63,885 nt of DNA from Candidatus Levybacteria bacterium RIFCSPLOWO2_12_FULL_41_12 (GTDB taxonomy: Bacteria; Patescibacteriota; Microgenomatia; Levybacterales; UBA12049). Under the pieces are notes generated by a model. That model was not told where the DNA came from. It was given only the letters and a program-made list of their open reading frames with translations, and searched no databases. The stretch spans positions 1-63,885 of the forward strand of contig MFPL01000008.1 of the NCBI GenBank assembly GCA_001784155.1. The letters are read 5' to 3'. Positions 44,992 to 54,998 of the stretch are shown here, one piece after another; positions within the stretch are counted from its first letter, which is position 1, and every line of letters starts with the position of its first letter. Both the position numbers and the translations under genes were made by a program.

Positions 44992-45732
44992 ATGGCAGTT
45001 GAAGCAAAACGTGAGCATCTTTTTGGTTTAATAAAAGGCCGCACGAGAGATCTTTCTCCCCGTACTAGAGTAGTTCTTAGGAATCGTTGGGATGGTTACC
45101 ATGAGGAAGAAGCAGCGGGATTTGCTGCGGAGAGAATAAGTGCGGTAGTTAACGGGTCCGCATCCGTTCGATTAAGAACAATTAAGCTAGCTGGATCAAC
45201 TGATCATGGGGGAATTTTTAAATCAAGAGAAAGAGAGTTGCTAAGAAGACGAGACGTGAATTTAGCATCGGACTGGAGTATATTCGGAACGAGAACAGTA
45301 ATTTCTTACAGACAGGAGGGTAGGCCAAGACCACGGATTGGGGAAAAGAGAGTCAGGAAAGATATAGAAGAGGAATGCGAGGGCGTTTTTGATACTGATA
45401 AGATTTCCGAGGCGCTTAGTTGGTCTAATAGAGTTGTGACTGGATCAGCTGCAGCAGACAAGTTCATACTCGGGCTTACTAGAAAAGAAGTTGTGGCATC
45501 CTTAGTGCAAGAAGAAAAACGTGAGAATTATGATCTAATGCTTCAGGTATTCGAATCTGTTCCAAGAAGCACAATCTTAAAGGGTGGCGGTATAGAATGG
45601 GTAGATGTTTGGCGAAATGCTAACGGCGAACGTTATGCGCGGGTTCATTTTAAAGATTCAAAGGCTAAAACAATGCGGTTTAAGCTCTCAGCTTATGAAC
45701 CGGGTGGTAGTGCACCCGTCCTTCGGCAATAA
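44992..45732 (+). CDS. orphan protein (246 aa, Arg/Glu-rich)
   Basis: ATG 10 nt after TTCTGCTATAATTCC; 53-nt convergent overlap with the EamA gene. Confidence 0.55.
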   Translation: MAVEAKREHLFGLIKGRTRDLSPRTRVVLRNRWDGYHEEEAAGFAAERISAVVNGSASVRLRTIKLAGSTDHGGIFKSRERELLRRRDVNLASDWSIFGTRTVISYRQEGRPRPRIGEKRVRKDIEEECEGVFDTDKISEALSWSNRVVTGSAAADKFILGLTRKEVVASLVQEEKRENYDLMLQVFESVPRSTILKGGGIEWVDVWRNANGERYARVHFKDSKAKTMRFKLSAYEPGGSAPVLRQ

Positions 45733-46594
45733 AGATTCCAAGAAAAACCAGAGCCGCGCCGATTAAATAGGTAAATGTTATGGCTTCATGCAGCAGGGGG
45801 ACTGCGATCACAATCGTAGCAATAGGATCAACATAGGTGAAAACGCCTACTTCAGATGCCTTTATGTATTTTATTCCATAGGCTAGGAAGAAATGAGCCA
45901 AGACAGCCGCGAGCACGATTCCGTAGATAAGTCCTATTGCTCCCTGTGTATTAATCGCAAATATGTCAAACTTTTCCGCTTCCCAGAGAGCCAAAGGCAG
46001 GAGAGGGAGAGAACCTATTAAAAACATCCAGAAAGTTACGGTTAGAGGATTATTTCGAACCATAATCTTTTTTAGACCAATCGCCTGAACTACACCGCAA
46101 AACGTTGCTATAAAAATAAAGAAGTTTCCTAGAATTCCATCCGTTGAGAACCCTCCTTCAAAGAAGGGACGAAGAATTATAGCCAGAACCCCAAAGAGAC
46201 TTACAAGCGTTCCGAGAAGTACTTTAAGTCTTAGTTTTTCTTTGAGAAAAAGAACGGATGCTATTATGAGAAATATTGGGCCAGAAGATATTATTATTGG
46301 AGCGTTTATGCTAGGGGAGAGATTAAGGCCGAAGAAAAGAAGTGGAATCTGAATAGTGACTGAGAATATGGATACCAATACCAGAAGCGGAATGTCTTGA
46401 CGGGATACTTTTAACGATTTTATTACGAAAGGCAGAATAATAAGCGCGCCAATAAAAAATCGAAGGAATGCAAAAGAGAAGGGAGGTATCACTTCCAAAG
46501 ACCACTTATAGATTGGGAAAGACGCTCCCCAGATTACATTGGCGAGGATAAGGAATAGGACGGCAAGACGGATTTTACCAAGTTGTGAGTTCAT
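45680..46594 (-). CDS. EamA/DMT family transporter
   Basis: 10-TM profile, two EamA halves. Confidence 0.85.
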   Translation of the reverse strand: MNSQLGKIRLAVLFLILANVIWGASFPIYKWSLEVIPPFSFAFLRFFIGALIILPFVIKSLKVSRQDIPLLVLVSIFSVTIQIPLLFFGLNLSPSINAPIIISSGPIFLIIASVLFLKEKLRLKVLLGTLVSLFGVLAIILRPFFEGGFSTDGILGNFFIFIATFCGVVQAIGLKKIMVRNNPLTVTFWMFLIGSLPLLPLALWEAEKFDIFAINTQGAIGLIYGIVLAAVLAHFFLAYGIKYIKASEVGVFTYVDPIATIVIAVPLLHEAITFTYLIGAALVFLGIFIAEGRVHYHPVHKLRA

Positions 46595-47741
46595 CTATGA
46601 GCTCTTCGACGTTATCAAACTGTTTTTGTTTGCCGGTCTTCATGTTCTTCAAAACTAAATTGTCGCCTTCAAAGAGTAAAATGTATGGAATTCCTTTTTT
46701 GTCCGCATAGCGAAGCTGTTTGTCCACTTCTTTTTCATCAACGTAAAGTTCAACGTCGATATTTCTGTTTCTTAGTTCATTTGCAATTTGCGCCGATCGA
46801 TTGCTTGTGTTTGTCACAAGAATTCTTGCTCCTCCCAAATCTTTTGGAAAGAGATCCTGATTTTCCATAACCTCAATTAATCGATCAAAACCAAAAGAGA
46901 AACCCACCGCTGGAATTTGTTGATTCGTAAACATTCCAATTAGTCCGTCGTATCTTCCTCCTCCGCCAATAGACCCTCCAGCATATCCTTCAATTTGTAC
47001 TTCAAAGATTAGTCCGGTATAGTAATCTAATCCTCGAGCGAGCGTAGATTCAAAAATTATTTTTGAATTATCTATCCTTAAATACTCCAGTATTTCAGTA
47101 TAGTTTTGCGTGGGTTTTTTATTCTTTATTTCCTCCAGTAAATTTTCTGAAAAGCCAGCATCAATCAGTTGTTTTTTAGTTTCGTCTGGTCCGATCTTAT
47201 CTAATTTATCCAAAATAACAATTGCTTTTTTATCTAAACCCTCAAATACAGATCTATCATTGGCAAGAATTTTAAAAGTTTTAAACCCCAGTTTTTCTAA
47301 AGATTTTATAACTAACCCAATAATTTCGGAATCTGCGATCGGGGAAGAGGAACCGACGGTGTCGACGTCTACCTGAAGAAACTCCCGGTATCTTCCTTTT
47401 TGGGTATTTTCAGCTCTCCAGACATTTTGAATTTGATATCTTTTAAATGGTAGGGGAAGGTCGTTTTGGTATTGTGCTACAACCCGGGCAAGGGGAACTG
47501 TCTGGTCATAACGCATCGCCACTTTTCGATCTCCATTGTCAGTAAAGCGATACATTAACTTATCACCTTCGTCGCCGTATTTTCCAAGAAGAACTTCTTC
47601 GTATTCTAAGACGGGAGTTTCAAGCGGTTCAAAACCATAGGATTCAAATACCTTTTTCAAGGTATCTAAAACGTATTGGCGTTTCCGTGCCTCTTTTGGT
47701 AAAAAATCACGGAAGCCTTTAAGAGTTTGGGGTTTTACCAT
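46575..47741 (-). CDS. hisS: histidyl-tRNA synthetase
   Basis: KGFRDFLP, MYRF.D, GGGRYDGL motifs. Confidence 0.92.
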   Translation of the reverse strand: MVKPQTLKGFRDFLPKEARKRQYVLDTLKKVFESYGFEPLETPVLEYEEVLLGKYGDEGDKLMYRFTDNGDRKVAMRYDQTVPLARVVAQYQNDLPLPFKRYQIQNVWRAENTQKGRYREFLQVDVDTVGSSSPIADSEIIGLVIKSLEKLGFKTFKILANDRSVFEGLDKKAIVILDKLDKIGPDETKKQLIDAGFSENLLEEIKNKKPTQNYTEILEYLRIDNSKIIFESTLARGLDYYTGLIFEVQIEGYAGGSIGGGGRYDGLIGMFTNQQIPAVGFSFGFDRLIEVMENQDLFPKDLGGARILVTNTSNRSAQIANELRNRNIDVELYVDEKEVDKQLRYADKKGIPYILLFEGDNLVLKNMKTGKQKQFDNVEELIDELTTW

Positions 47742-47743
47742 TA

Positions 47744-48748
47744 TTATTTTTCAACCTCCTCCAGACGGTAATTGTAAAATTCTTTGCCTAGTATCATTAC
47801 GATACTCATTATAGGGATAGCAAGGATGCTCCCTACAGGGCCTGCAATTTTTAATCCAATTAGAAGGGAGAGAACGACAATGATAGGATTTATTTTGAAA
47901 ATCTGTCCATAAAGCTTTGGACCGATGGCATAAAATATGAATTGCTGAACAATTACTAGGGTTATCATAAAAAGAGGCATTTTTGAGGGATCCGAAACTA
48001 TGCTAATTATAAACGGCGGGATAAGACCGAGTATTGGTCCGATGACCGGTATAAAAGTCAAAATGCCCGCAAAAAGAGAGGTGGAGGCAGCGAACGGGAT
48101 CCCAAAAACGGCCATAATGAACCATGTTATTAGTCCTCCCAAAACGCCCCAAATAATCTGAACCCGAATGAATGAAGCAAAACTTTGATCAATCACTTTT
48201 TGTACAAACCTTGCAGGCTTAAGCCATGGTTGAGGTATTAGGTCGGATATCGTTCGAGTTATCTTTACCTTCTCAACTATAAAGTAAAAAGAAAGTATTA
48301 GAAGAGTAACCAGATTGAAGGAGAACTGTGCAATGGACGGGATTATTGACCCAAAGTCAGTAAATGATTTTACCGAGCCCCTTACAGCGTCTTGTACAAC
48401 GGGAGGAGAGCCTGCAAGTAAATCAGGCAATATTTTTGATAAGGTCTGTAATTGGAAAGCAACATATGGGAAGAAAAGAAATAAAACAGCAGTTATAAGC
48501 CCCGCTAAAATAAGAAAAGTAACGCTTGTCGATATGACCCTGGATAGTCTTAGATGTTTTGAGAATAGTTCTACAATGGGTTCTAAAACAATGCTTAAGA
48601 GCCAAGCGAAAACCAGAATAAAAATCACGTCTCTGAATACATTAAGATAGCTAAGGAGTATTTGCATTAGATAGATTCCTAATGCAATGGATAGAAGAAT
48701 TGCGGGGATTTTGAGGCTGCCAAATTCTTTTTTTAGCTCTTCAAACAT
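47744..48748 (-). CDS. AI-2E family transporter (PerM/UPF0118)
   Basis: multi-TM with conserved C-terminal GP.GS.LA.P segment. Confidence 0.82.
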   Translation of the reverse strand: MFEELKKEFGSLKIPAILLSIALGIYLMQILLSYLNVFRDVIFILVFAWLLSIVLEPIVELFSKHLRLSRVISTSVTFLILAGLITAVLFLFFPYVAFQLQTLSKILPDLLAGSPPVVQDAVRGSVKSFTDFGSIIPSIAQFSFNLVTLLILSFYFIVEKVKITRTISDLIPQPWLKPARFVQKVIDQSFASFIRVQIIWGVLGGLITWFIMAVFGIPFAASTSLFAGILTFIPVIGPILGLIPPFIISIVSDPSKMPLFMITLVIVQQFIFYAIGPKLYGQIFKINPIIVVLSLLIGLKIAGPVGSILAIPIMSIVMILGKEFYNYRLEEVEK

Positions 48749-48762
48749 ACCTTTTTATAATA

Positions 48763-49452
48763 TCACAACTGCAAAAGAGAGGAGTCACTTTTTGTCAAAG
48801 GCTCAGGTTTATTGTTTCTTAAAACAAATGTGTCTTCAATTCTCACTCCTCCATAATCTTTAATGTAAATTCCCGGCTCAATTGTAAATACCATACCGTT
48901 TCTTAACAGATTTTTTGATTTTGGTCCCAGCCTAAAACTTTCATGTACCTTTCTCCCAATCCCGTGACCCAGTGTATGGGGGTAGGAGGGAAATCCCTGT
49001 GAGGTTATATAATCTCTTGCGATTTTATCCACATCAAATGCTTTGCGTTTATCTTCCACCAAGCGCATGGCTCTTTTTTGCGCTTCAGAAACTGTCTGAT
49101 AAATCTTTTTCTGTTTTTTTGTCGCTTTACCGAAAAAGACTGTTCGGGTCATATCGGAACAATAACCGTCGAGCTTGGCTCCAAGATCGAGTTTTATAAA
49201 CCCGTGATTTTTCCTAAGCTTTGTCTCGTTCGCTTTATGGTGGATCTCATAAGCATTTTTCCCAAACGCAACTATTGGACGAAAAGATAGGGAAGCACTC
49301 TCTTTTCTTATTAGTCGAACAATTTCTCGGGACAGCTCCTTCTCAGTTATCCCTACTTTTATCTTTTTGAGAATCTGAGAATATACTTTATCTCCGACTT
49401 CACACGCTTTTTTAATTTTCTCTATTTCTTGATCTGTTTTTATAGCTGCCAT
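48763..49452 (-). CDS. M24 family metallopeptidase (catalytic domain only)
   Basis: DLGAKLDGYCSDMTRT, HGIGRKVHE, TIEPGIY, VRIEDT metal ligand pattern. Confidence 0.88.
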   Translation of the reverse strand: MAAIKTDQEIEKIKKACEVGDKVYSQILKKIKVGITEKELSREIVRLIRKESASLSFRPIVAFGKNAYEIHHKANETKLRKNHGFIKLDLGAKLDGYCSDMTRTVFFGKATKKQKKIYQTVSEAQKRAMRLVEDKRKAFDVDKIARDYITSQGFPSYPHTLGHGIGRKVHESFRLGPKSKNLLRNGMVFTIEPGIYIKDYGGVRIEDTFVLRNNKPEPLTKSDSSLLQL

Positions 49453-50177
49453 TATAGGGGAGTGAGTTTTTTGCCGCTTCCGGTTGATGGAACGACTTTA
49501 TCCTGAGGCTTTAATGCCTCTTGGGGAATTATAACATTTGGATTTGAGGGAAAGTTTGGAAAGTGGATAAATTTCGAGGCTGTAATCGTATCTTTATTCT
49601 TGGGATCTTGAAATCCCAAAACTATAGCGTTCTCCCCGGTTTTTACTTTTGAAAAACCCGAGCGTTCCAGATCATCGTTTACGTAGGAGAAGGATTTTGT
49701 AATAGTTTCAATGCTTATCCTGTGTTCTTTTCCTTCCTCATCCATTATCTTTAGAATAAAATCATCGGTGTTTATCTCAAATACAACTCCCGATATAAGC
49801 TGCGGGAATGTTTTTGCGTTAACGAATCTCGCGAGTATTCGTCTAGAGTCTTTATTGTATAGCCCCGTAATGCCTAATCCGTCACCTTTTTTGATATCAG
49901 ATATGCCAAAGCTATCTTCATCTGAGGAAAATTTAGTCAACTCATCTACATCAACAAACCTTGTGTTATCTGACGAATCTGTCAGTGTTAGTTCGCTTCC
50001 CGAGACATCGGTTACTATTCCTACTATTCCCCGTCTTTCAACTAGGTCAAGCTCTGCTACTTTGGATGCAACCTTATTCTTCAGCGTATCTATCTGGCTA
50101 TTAAGTTTTTGCGCGTAAACGCTACCAGATGCGCTGAATAAAAGAAGAATCGTAAGTACAATGGCGAATTTTTTCAT
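49452..50177 (-). CDS. secreted orphan protein
   Basis: signal peptide ...SASGSVYAQ. Confidence 0.6.
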   Translation of the reverse strand: MKKFAIVLTILLLFSASGSVYAQKLNSQIDTLKNKVASKVAELDLVERRGIVGIVTDVSGSELTLTDSSDNTRFVDVDELTKFSSDEDSFGISDIKKGDGLGITGLYNKDSRRILARFVNAKTFPQLISGVVFEINTDDFILKIMDEEGKEHRISIETITKSFSYVNDDLERSGFSKVKTGENAIVLGFQDPKNKDTITASKFIHFPNFPSNPNVIIPQEALKPQDKVVPSTGSGKKLTPL

Positions 50178-50178
50178 A

Positions 50179-50604
50179 TTAAAAATCTTCTGTTGTAATA
50201 CTTATTACCAGTCTCTCTGTAGCTATCTCGCCGTTGGGAGCTATGGCAATAAACTCTATTAAGTTCTCGTTCTCATCGAGAGTGATAGTTGTCGAAAAAC
50301 TTCCGTCCGACGCAGGAGTGGCAGTTTCCTGGCCAGTAGTGGAGATGATTAGTATTTTTGCATCACTTTGGGTTTTGCCATTTATCTGAACGGATTTTGA
50401 TGTTAACACCTCTTCGTTTGCGGGCTTCGCAATGGCTAAAAATATTGTTCCGGAGGCTTTCGGAGTAGGGGTTGTTACAACTATTGATTCTATTTCCTTC
50501 GGATTAATTTCTTTCCCTGCTTGATATAAGTAGAATGTTCCGCCTGCTACGACAAGTCCCACTATACCAGCAACAATTGATAGAATGAACTTTTCTTTCT
50601 TCAT
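50179..50604 (-). CDS. membrane-anchored orphan protein
   Basis: N-terminal TM, beta-rich ectodomain. Confidence 0.6.
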   Translation of the reverse strand: MKKEKFILSIVAGIVGLVVAGGTFYLYQAGKEINPKEIESIVVTTPTPKASGTIFLAIAKPANEEVLTSKSVQINGKTQSDAKILIISTTGQETATPASDGSFSTTITLDENENLIEFIAIAPNGEIATERLVISITTEDF

Positions 50605-50696
50605 AATAAGAACTTTTAAGAATTTAGGGCAAAAACAAGATATCGGAAATAAATCCCCTTGTCAAGAAAACTTTCAGGTGATAGGATTATTGCCAC

Positions 50697-51221
50697 ATGG
50701 AAGTGTCACTTCTCAATAAAGGCTCACTTAGAATAAAAGGTAAAAACGCGGTAATTGTAGTTGATCCCACAAGGGATTCTCCTAAGACTGAAGCAGACGC
50801 CGTTCTTTTACTCACGGGCTCTACTGGGAATATTTCTTCTAAAATAGAGAATGCTAGGGTAGCGATTTCAGGTCCTGGGGAATATGAAATAGGTGGGGTT
50901 AAGATCGCGGGTATTTATCAGAATGGAAAAGTTGTCTACACATTGGACATTGACGGGGTAAAGGTGGCGCTTGGTAATCCGGCGGCTCTAGAAAAGGCAC
51001 ACGACAGAATAGCTGAGTGCCAGCTTGCTATTCTTAATATTAATGAGCCCTTCGAAGAGTCTGTTTTCTCAAGTCTTGAGCCTAATGTTGCCGTTCTATA
51101 TGGAGAGGGAGTAGCAGCAAGCATTAAGAGTTTGGGGATAGATATTAAAGCCAGAGCGTCAAAGTACGCTATCGCTGCAGAAAAAATTCCTCAAGAATTC
51201 GAAACTATAGTGCTTGAATAA
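50697..51221 (+). CDS. orphan protein, possibly degenerate MBL-fold
   Basis: VIVVDP...ADAVLLLTG resembles UPF0173-type layout but lacks HxHxDH. Confidence 0.45.
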   Translation: MEVSLLNKGSLRIKGKNAVIVVDPTRDSPKTEADAVLLLTGSTGNISSKIENARVAISGPGEYEIGGVKIAGIYQNGKVVYTLDIDGVKVALGNPAALEKAHDRIAECQLAILNINEPFEESVFSSLEPNVAVLYGEGVAASIKSLGIDIKARASKYAIAAEKIPQEFETIVLE

Positions 51222-51224
51222 ATT

Positions 51225-52559
51225 ATGGCTTCTGTGAAAATTCCTCCTCATAATGAAGAGGCTGAGCAAAGCGTCCTAGGCGGAATACTTTTAAATAAGG
51301 ACGCTATAGGTTCTGTGTCTGAAGTTATTTCTCCAGGGGATTTTTATAACGATATAAATGGAATGATATTCTCTGCGATGACTTCCCTTCAGGAAGAGGG
51401 AAAGCCAATTGATGTGCTTACGGTTTCAGCAAGGCTCAAGAAAGAAAAAAAATCTGACAAGGTGGAGGCATCTTATCTCGCGGACCTAGTAAATTCAGTT
51501 CCGACGGCAGCTAATATAGTTGAATATGCAGAATTAATAAAAGAAGCATCAACGAGAAGGGCTCTCATAAGCCTAGGCGGAGAAATTGCGGAGCTTGCCT
51601 TTTTAGATGATAAAGATGTCCCCGAATTATTGGATAAGACTGAGTCTTCCATCTTCGCTATATCTAAGGGTAGTACCACGAAGGGATTCATAGCCCTGAA
51701 AGATACTCTGGCTGAAAGCTTTGACAGAATAGATGAGCTCCATAATAAAGGCGCAGGACTGCGGGGAGTGGAAACTGGTTTTACCGATTTAGACAATTTG
51801 CTTTCAGGTATGCAGAAATCAAATCTTTTAATTTTGGCCGCCCGCCCAGGGCAAGGCAAGACCGCTATGATGATCAATATTGCTCAGCATGTTGCAGTTG
51901 TAGGTAAAAAGCCTGTAGGAATTTTTTCGCTTGAGATGAGTCAGGAAGAGTTGGTAGACAGGCTTCTCGTGGGACAGGCGGATGTAGACGCATGGAGACT
52001 TAAGACCGGAAAGCTTTCGGAAACAGATTTCACAAAACTTTCAGAGGCGATGGGAGTTTTGGCTGATGCGCCTATTTTTATAGATGATACGCCGGGCGCC
52101 TCTGTCTCCGAAATCCGAACAAAAGCAAGAAGACTTCAGCTGGAACACGATGTTTCACTCATTGTTGTTGATTATCTTCAGCTTGTAGATCCGGGGAAAA
52201 GATACGATAATAGGGTTCAGGAGGTATCTGTGGTCTCCCAAGCTCTCAAAAATCTTGCAAGAGAACTTAAGATTCCGGTTTTGGCAGTTTCCCAATTATC
52301 CAGAGCAGTAGAACATAGGGGGGAAAGAAAACCTCAGCTCGCAGATCTTAGAGAGTCCGGAGCAATTGAGCAGGATTCAGATGTGGTGATGTTTATATAT
52401 AGGCCAGATTTTGAAATATCAAACGTTATACAGACAAAGCTTTTAATAGCAAAGCACAGGAATGGTCCAATGGGAGAGATAGATTTACTTTTTAGAGGAG
52501 ATAGGATAAGATTTTATAATGTTGATAAAAAAAGAGAAGGGGAAACGCAATCTGAATAA
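51225..52559 (+). CDS. dnaB: replicative DNA helicase
   Basis: PPHNEEAEQSVLGGIL, Walker A ARPGQGKTA, no intein. Confidence 0.95.
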   Translation: MASVKIPPHNEEAEQSVLGGILLNKDAIGSVSEVISPGDFYNDINGMIFSAMTSLQEEGKPIDVLTVSARLKKEKKSDKVEASYLADLVNSVPTAANIVEYAELIKEASTRRALISLGGEIAELAFLDDKDVPELLDKTESSIFAISKGSTTKGFIALKDTLAESFDRIDELHNKGAGLRGVETGFTDLDNLLSGMQKSNLLILAARPGQGKTAMMINIAQHVAVVGKKPVGIFSLEMSQEELVDRLLVGQADVDAWRLKTGKLSETDFTKLSEAMGVLADAPIFIDDTPGASVSEIRTKARRLQLEHDVSLIVVDYLQLVDPGKRYDNRVQEVSVVSQALKNLARELKIPVLAVSQLSRAVEHRGERKPQLADLRESGAIEQDSDVVMFIYRPDFEISNVIQTKLLIAKHRNGPMGEIDLLFRGDRIRFYNVDKKREGETQSE

Positions 52560-52586
52560 AACATTGAAGGGGGTGAGTATTTCATA

Positions 52587-52859
52587 ATGGATGATCAAAC
52601 GAATCAGGGAGGAGGAAATCCAGCCTGGAACCCAGGAGTTCCGCCGGTTCAAGCACCAGATCCAACCCAAGCGCCACCGGTAGAACCTACTGTTCCTACG
52701 CCTCCACCGGGCCCTAGTGTTCCACCGGCACAGGTACCGCCGGCAGAGCCAGCTACGCCGCCAGCAGACCCAGGAGTAGGCGGTGGTAATCCTGTACAGC
52801 CGGGAGGATGGACTCCTCCAACAGGCGATCAGGGAACAAATCAAGGAGGAACTGTTTAG
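52587..52859 (+). CDS. Pro-rich low-complexity peptide (uncertain)
   Basis: GC-rich 90-codon ORF; antisense frame also open, so coding status uncertain. Confidence 0.35.
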   Translation: MDDQTNQGGGNPAWNPGVPPVQAPDPTQAPPVEPTVPTPPPGPSVPPAQVPPAEPATPPADPGVGGGNPVQPGGWTPPTGDQGTNQGGTV

Positions 52860-52890
52860 TCTTTTTTTGATTTTCGGTTTCGAAACTAAA

Positions 52891-52926
52891 TTAAACTAAC
52901 GCTAAAAACGTTAGTTTAATTTTTTC
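52891..52926. terminator. bidirectional intrinsic terminator
   Basis: perfect 11-bp stem TTAAACTAACG/CGTTAGTTTAA, 7-nt loop, followed by T7; flanked by A-rich tract on the other side. Confidence 0.75.
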
Positions 52927-53341
52927 TGGAGAGGAGAATGTAAAGAAGCAGGGAAGCGGTAATTGTTATGAAAGCAATAAGAGACAAAAGGGGAATTGAA
53001 ATAAATCCTAGCCAATCAAGCTGAGCTGTGGTGCAGGATACTCCGGTAGTGCAGGGCTGGATGCTCTCAGGGAGAATGTCGTAGTATAAAAGATTGTGAT
53101 AAATAGAAATGATTAGTCCGATTAAAGCTAGAGGAAGAGCATAGAATACAGAATTTTTGTCTTTTCTAAATAATCCTACAGCCATAATAAAAGCAATTGG
53201 ATACATGAAGATTCTTTGATACCAACAAAGCGAACAGGGGGGGAGCTTCATTACCTCAGAAAAATAAAGGCTTCCCAGCGTGGCCATAGCGGAAATCAAA
53301 AGAACAAAAGGATAAAGGTAATTCGATAGATTTTTTTTCAT
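52916..53341 (-). CDS. DsbB/BdbC-type disulfide bond formation protein
   Basis: 4 TM, CSLCWYQR motif and second Cys pair (CTTGVSCTT). Confidence 0.8.
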   Translation of the reverse strand: MKKNLSNYLYPFVLLISAMATLGSLYFSEVMKLPPCSLCWYQRIFMYPIAFIMAVGLFRKDKNSVFYALPLALIGLIISIYHNLLYYDILPESIQPCTTGVSCTTAQLDWLGFISIPLLSLIAFITITASLLLYILLSRKN

Positions 53342-53348
53342 ATTAGAG

Positions 53349-53431
53349 TGGGCAAGGAGGGAGTCGAACCCACACGCTCAAGCGAGCAGTAGTTTTTGAG
53401 ACTACCGCGTATACCATTCCGCCACTTGCCC
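53349..53431 (-). tRNA. tRNA-Leu (anticodon CAA), type II long variable arm, no encoded CCA
   Basis: hand-folded: acceptor GGGCAAG/CTTGCCC, anticodon arm GTAGT-CTCAAAA-ACTAC, variable arm GCTCGCTTGAGC, T-loop TTCGACT (one U-U mismatch in T stem). Confidence 0.86.
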
Positions 53432-53492
53432 TTGAACTCAATTATACCAGAAATGGCTTTATTTTTTGTGCTTCCGATGTTAAAATACGTGA

Positions 53493-54998
53493 ATGACCTT
53501 CGAAATAACGTCAAACCCTTTAGATAAAATATCTTCAGACGCAGTCTTGGTCTTCGTATTTGCAGGAGAAGATAAGAAAAGCTTCAAGCCTCTCGCAGGT
53601 TTCAAATATCTCGATAAAATACTGTTAGGCTTGCTTTCAAAGACAGCAGAGCTTGAAAAATTCTCAGGTAAAAGGGGAGAGAATCTTTTAGTCTATTCAT
53701 CGGGTAAGACTCTATCGCCAAGAGTTATAATTCTGGGTTTAGGTAAGAAGAGCGAATTCGTAGGAGACGATTTAAGAAGGGCAGTAGGAAGTTTTTCCCG
53801 CTCAATGAAAAAGAAATTAGATTCAGTCAGCCTTACATTGCCTACAAACGACGAGATTTCAGAGGAAACAATCGTGATTGCCCAGCTCGTAACCGAAGGT
53901 TTGCTTTTAGGAGGATATGATTTTTCAAAATATAAGTCAAAAGACGATAAAAAGGGTAGAGTGCTTGAGGCAGTTATTATTTCTGCAAAAGATGATGACC
54001 GTAAAGAAATAATAGGCGGAGTCGAAAGAGCACGGCTTTATTCACAGGCTACTATTCTAGCTCGGGACTTGGTAAACGAACAGTCTGCTGTGGCAACGCC
54101 ATCTTATTTAGCGGACCTAGCTTTATCTATTGCAAAGAAAGATCCGGGACGCATTAAGGTAAAGATTTTGAACCGCGAAGATGCGGAAAAGCAGGGGATG
54201 GAGGCATTTCTTGGTGTGGCTAGGGGGTCTGATACTCCACCAAAGTTCATAAGGCTTGAATATATCCCTGAAAAATCAAATAAAAAAGAGAAGCTTGCAA
54301 TAGTTGGGAAGGGAATAACCTTTGATAGCGGGGGAATAAATGTAAAATCAGGAGATCACATGAGTGACATGAAAATGGACATGTCCGGAGCTGCAATAGT
54401 TCTTTCTGTATTTTCAGTAATTTCAAAAATTAAACCAGATTTCCCGGTGCTTGGGTTAATAGCTGCGACTCCAAATTTAATTTCAGGAAAGTCAATTGTC
54501 CCCGGAGATGTAGTTCGCGCAATGAATGGCAAGACAATTGAAGTCCTTAATACGGACGCTGAGGGAAGGGTAACAATGGCTGACAGCCTTTCCTATGCGG
54601 TTAAAGAAAAAGCAACGAAAATTATTGATTTCGCAACTCTTACAGGAGCTTGTATGGTGGCGCTTGGTGAGGAGATTGCAGGCCTTTTCTCAAACAACCG
54701 TGAATTGGCAGACCAGATAAAAAAGGCAGCTTTAGGAGCGGGGGAAAATATCTGGGAACTTCCTCTAGAGAAAAATTACAAAGAGCTTAATAAAAGCTCG
54801 GTTGCAGATATCGCTAATATACCCAACATGCGTTATGGCGGAGCGATAACAGCTGCCCTTTTTCTGCAGGAATTTGTAGGAAATACTCCGTGGGCGCATT
54901 TAGACATTGCGGGACCAGCCTTTTTAACTAAAGGGTCTGATATTTCTGAAAAGGGAGGAACTGGATACGGTGTGAGAACGGTCCTCAATCTTCTATGA
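53493..54998 (+). CDS. pepA: leucyl aminopeptidase (M17)
   Basis: VGKGITFDSGG, NTDAEGR, metal-binding pattern. Confidence 0.93.
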   Translation: MTFEITSNPLDKISSDAVLVFVFAGEDKKSFKPLAGFKYLDKILLGLLSKTAELEKFSGKRGENLLVYSSGKTLSPRVIILGLGKKSEFVGDDLRRAVGSFSRSMKKKLDSVSLTLPTNDEISEETIVIAQLVTEGLLLGGYDFSKYKSKDDKKGRVLEAVIISAKDDDRKEIIGGVERARLYSQATILARDLVNEQSAVATPSYLADLALSIAKKDPGRIKVKILNREDAEKQGMEAFLGVARGSDTPPKFIRLEYIPEKSNKKEKLAIVGKGITFDSGGINVKSGDHMSDMKMDMSGAAIVLSVFSVISKIKPDFPVLGLIAATPNLISGKSIVPGDVVRAMNGKTIEVLNTDAEGRVTMADSLSYAVKEKATKIIDFATLTGACMVALGEEIAGLFSNNRELADQIKKAALGAGENIWELPLEKNYKELNKSSVADIANIPNMRYGGAITAALFLQEFVGNTPWAHLDIAGPAFLTKGSDISEKGGTGYGVRTVLNLL

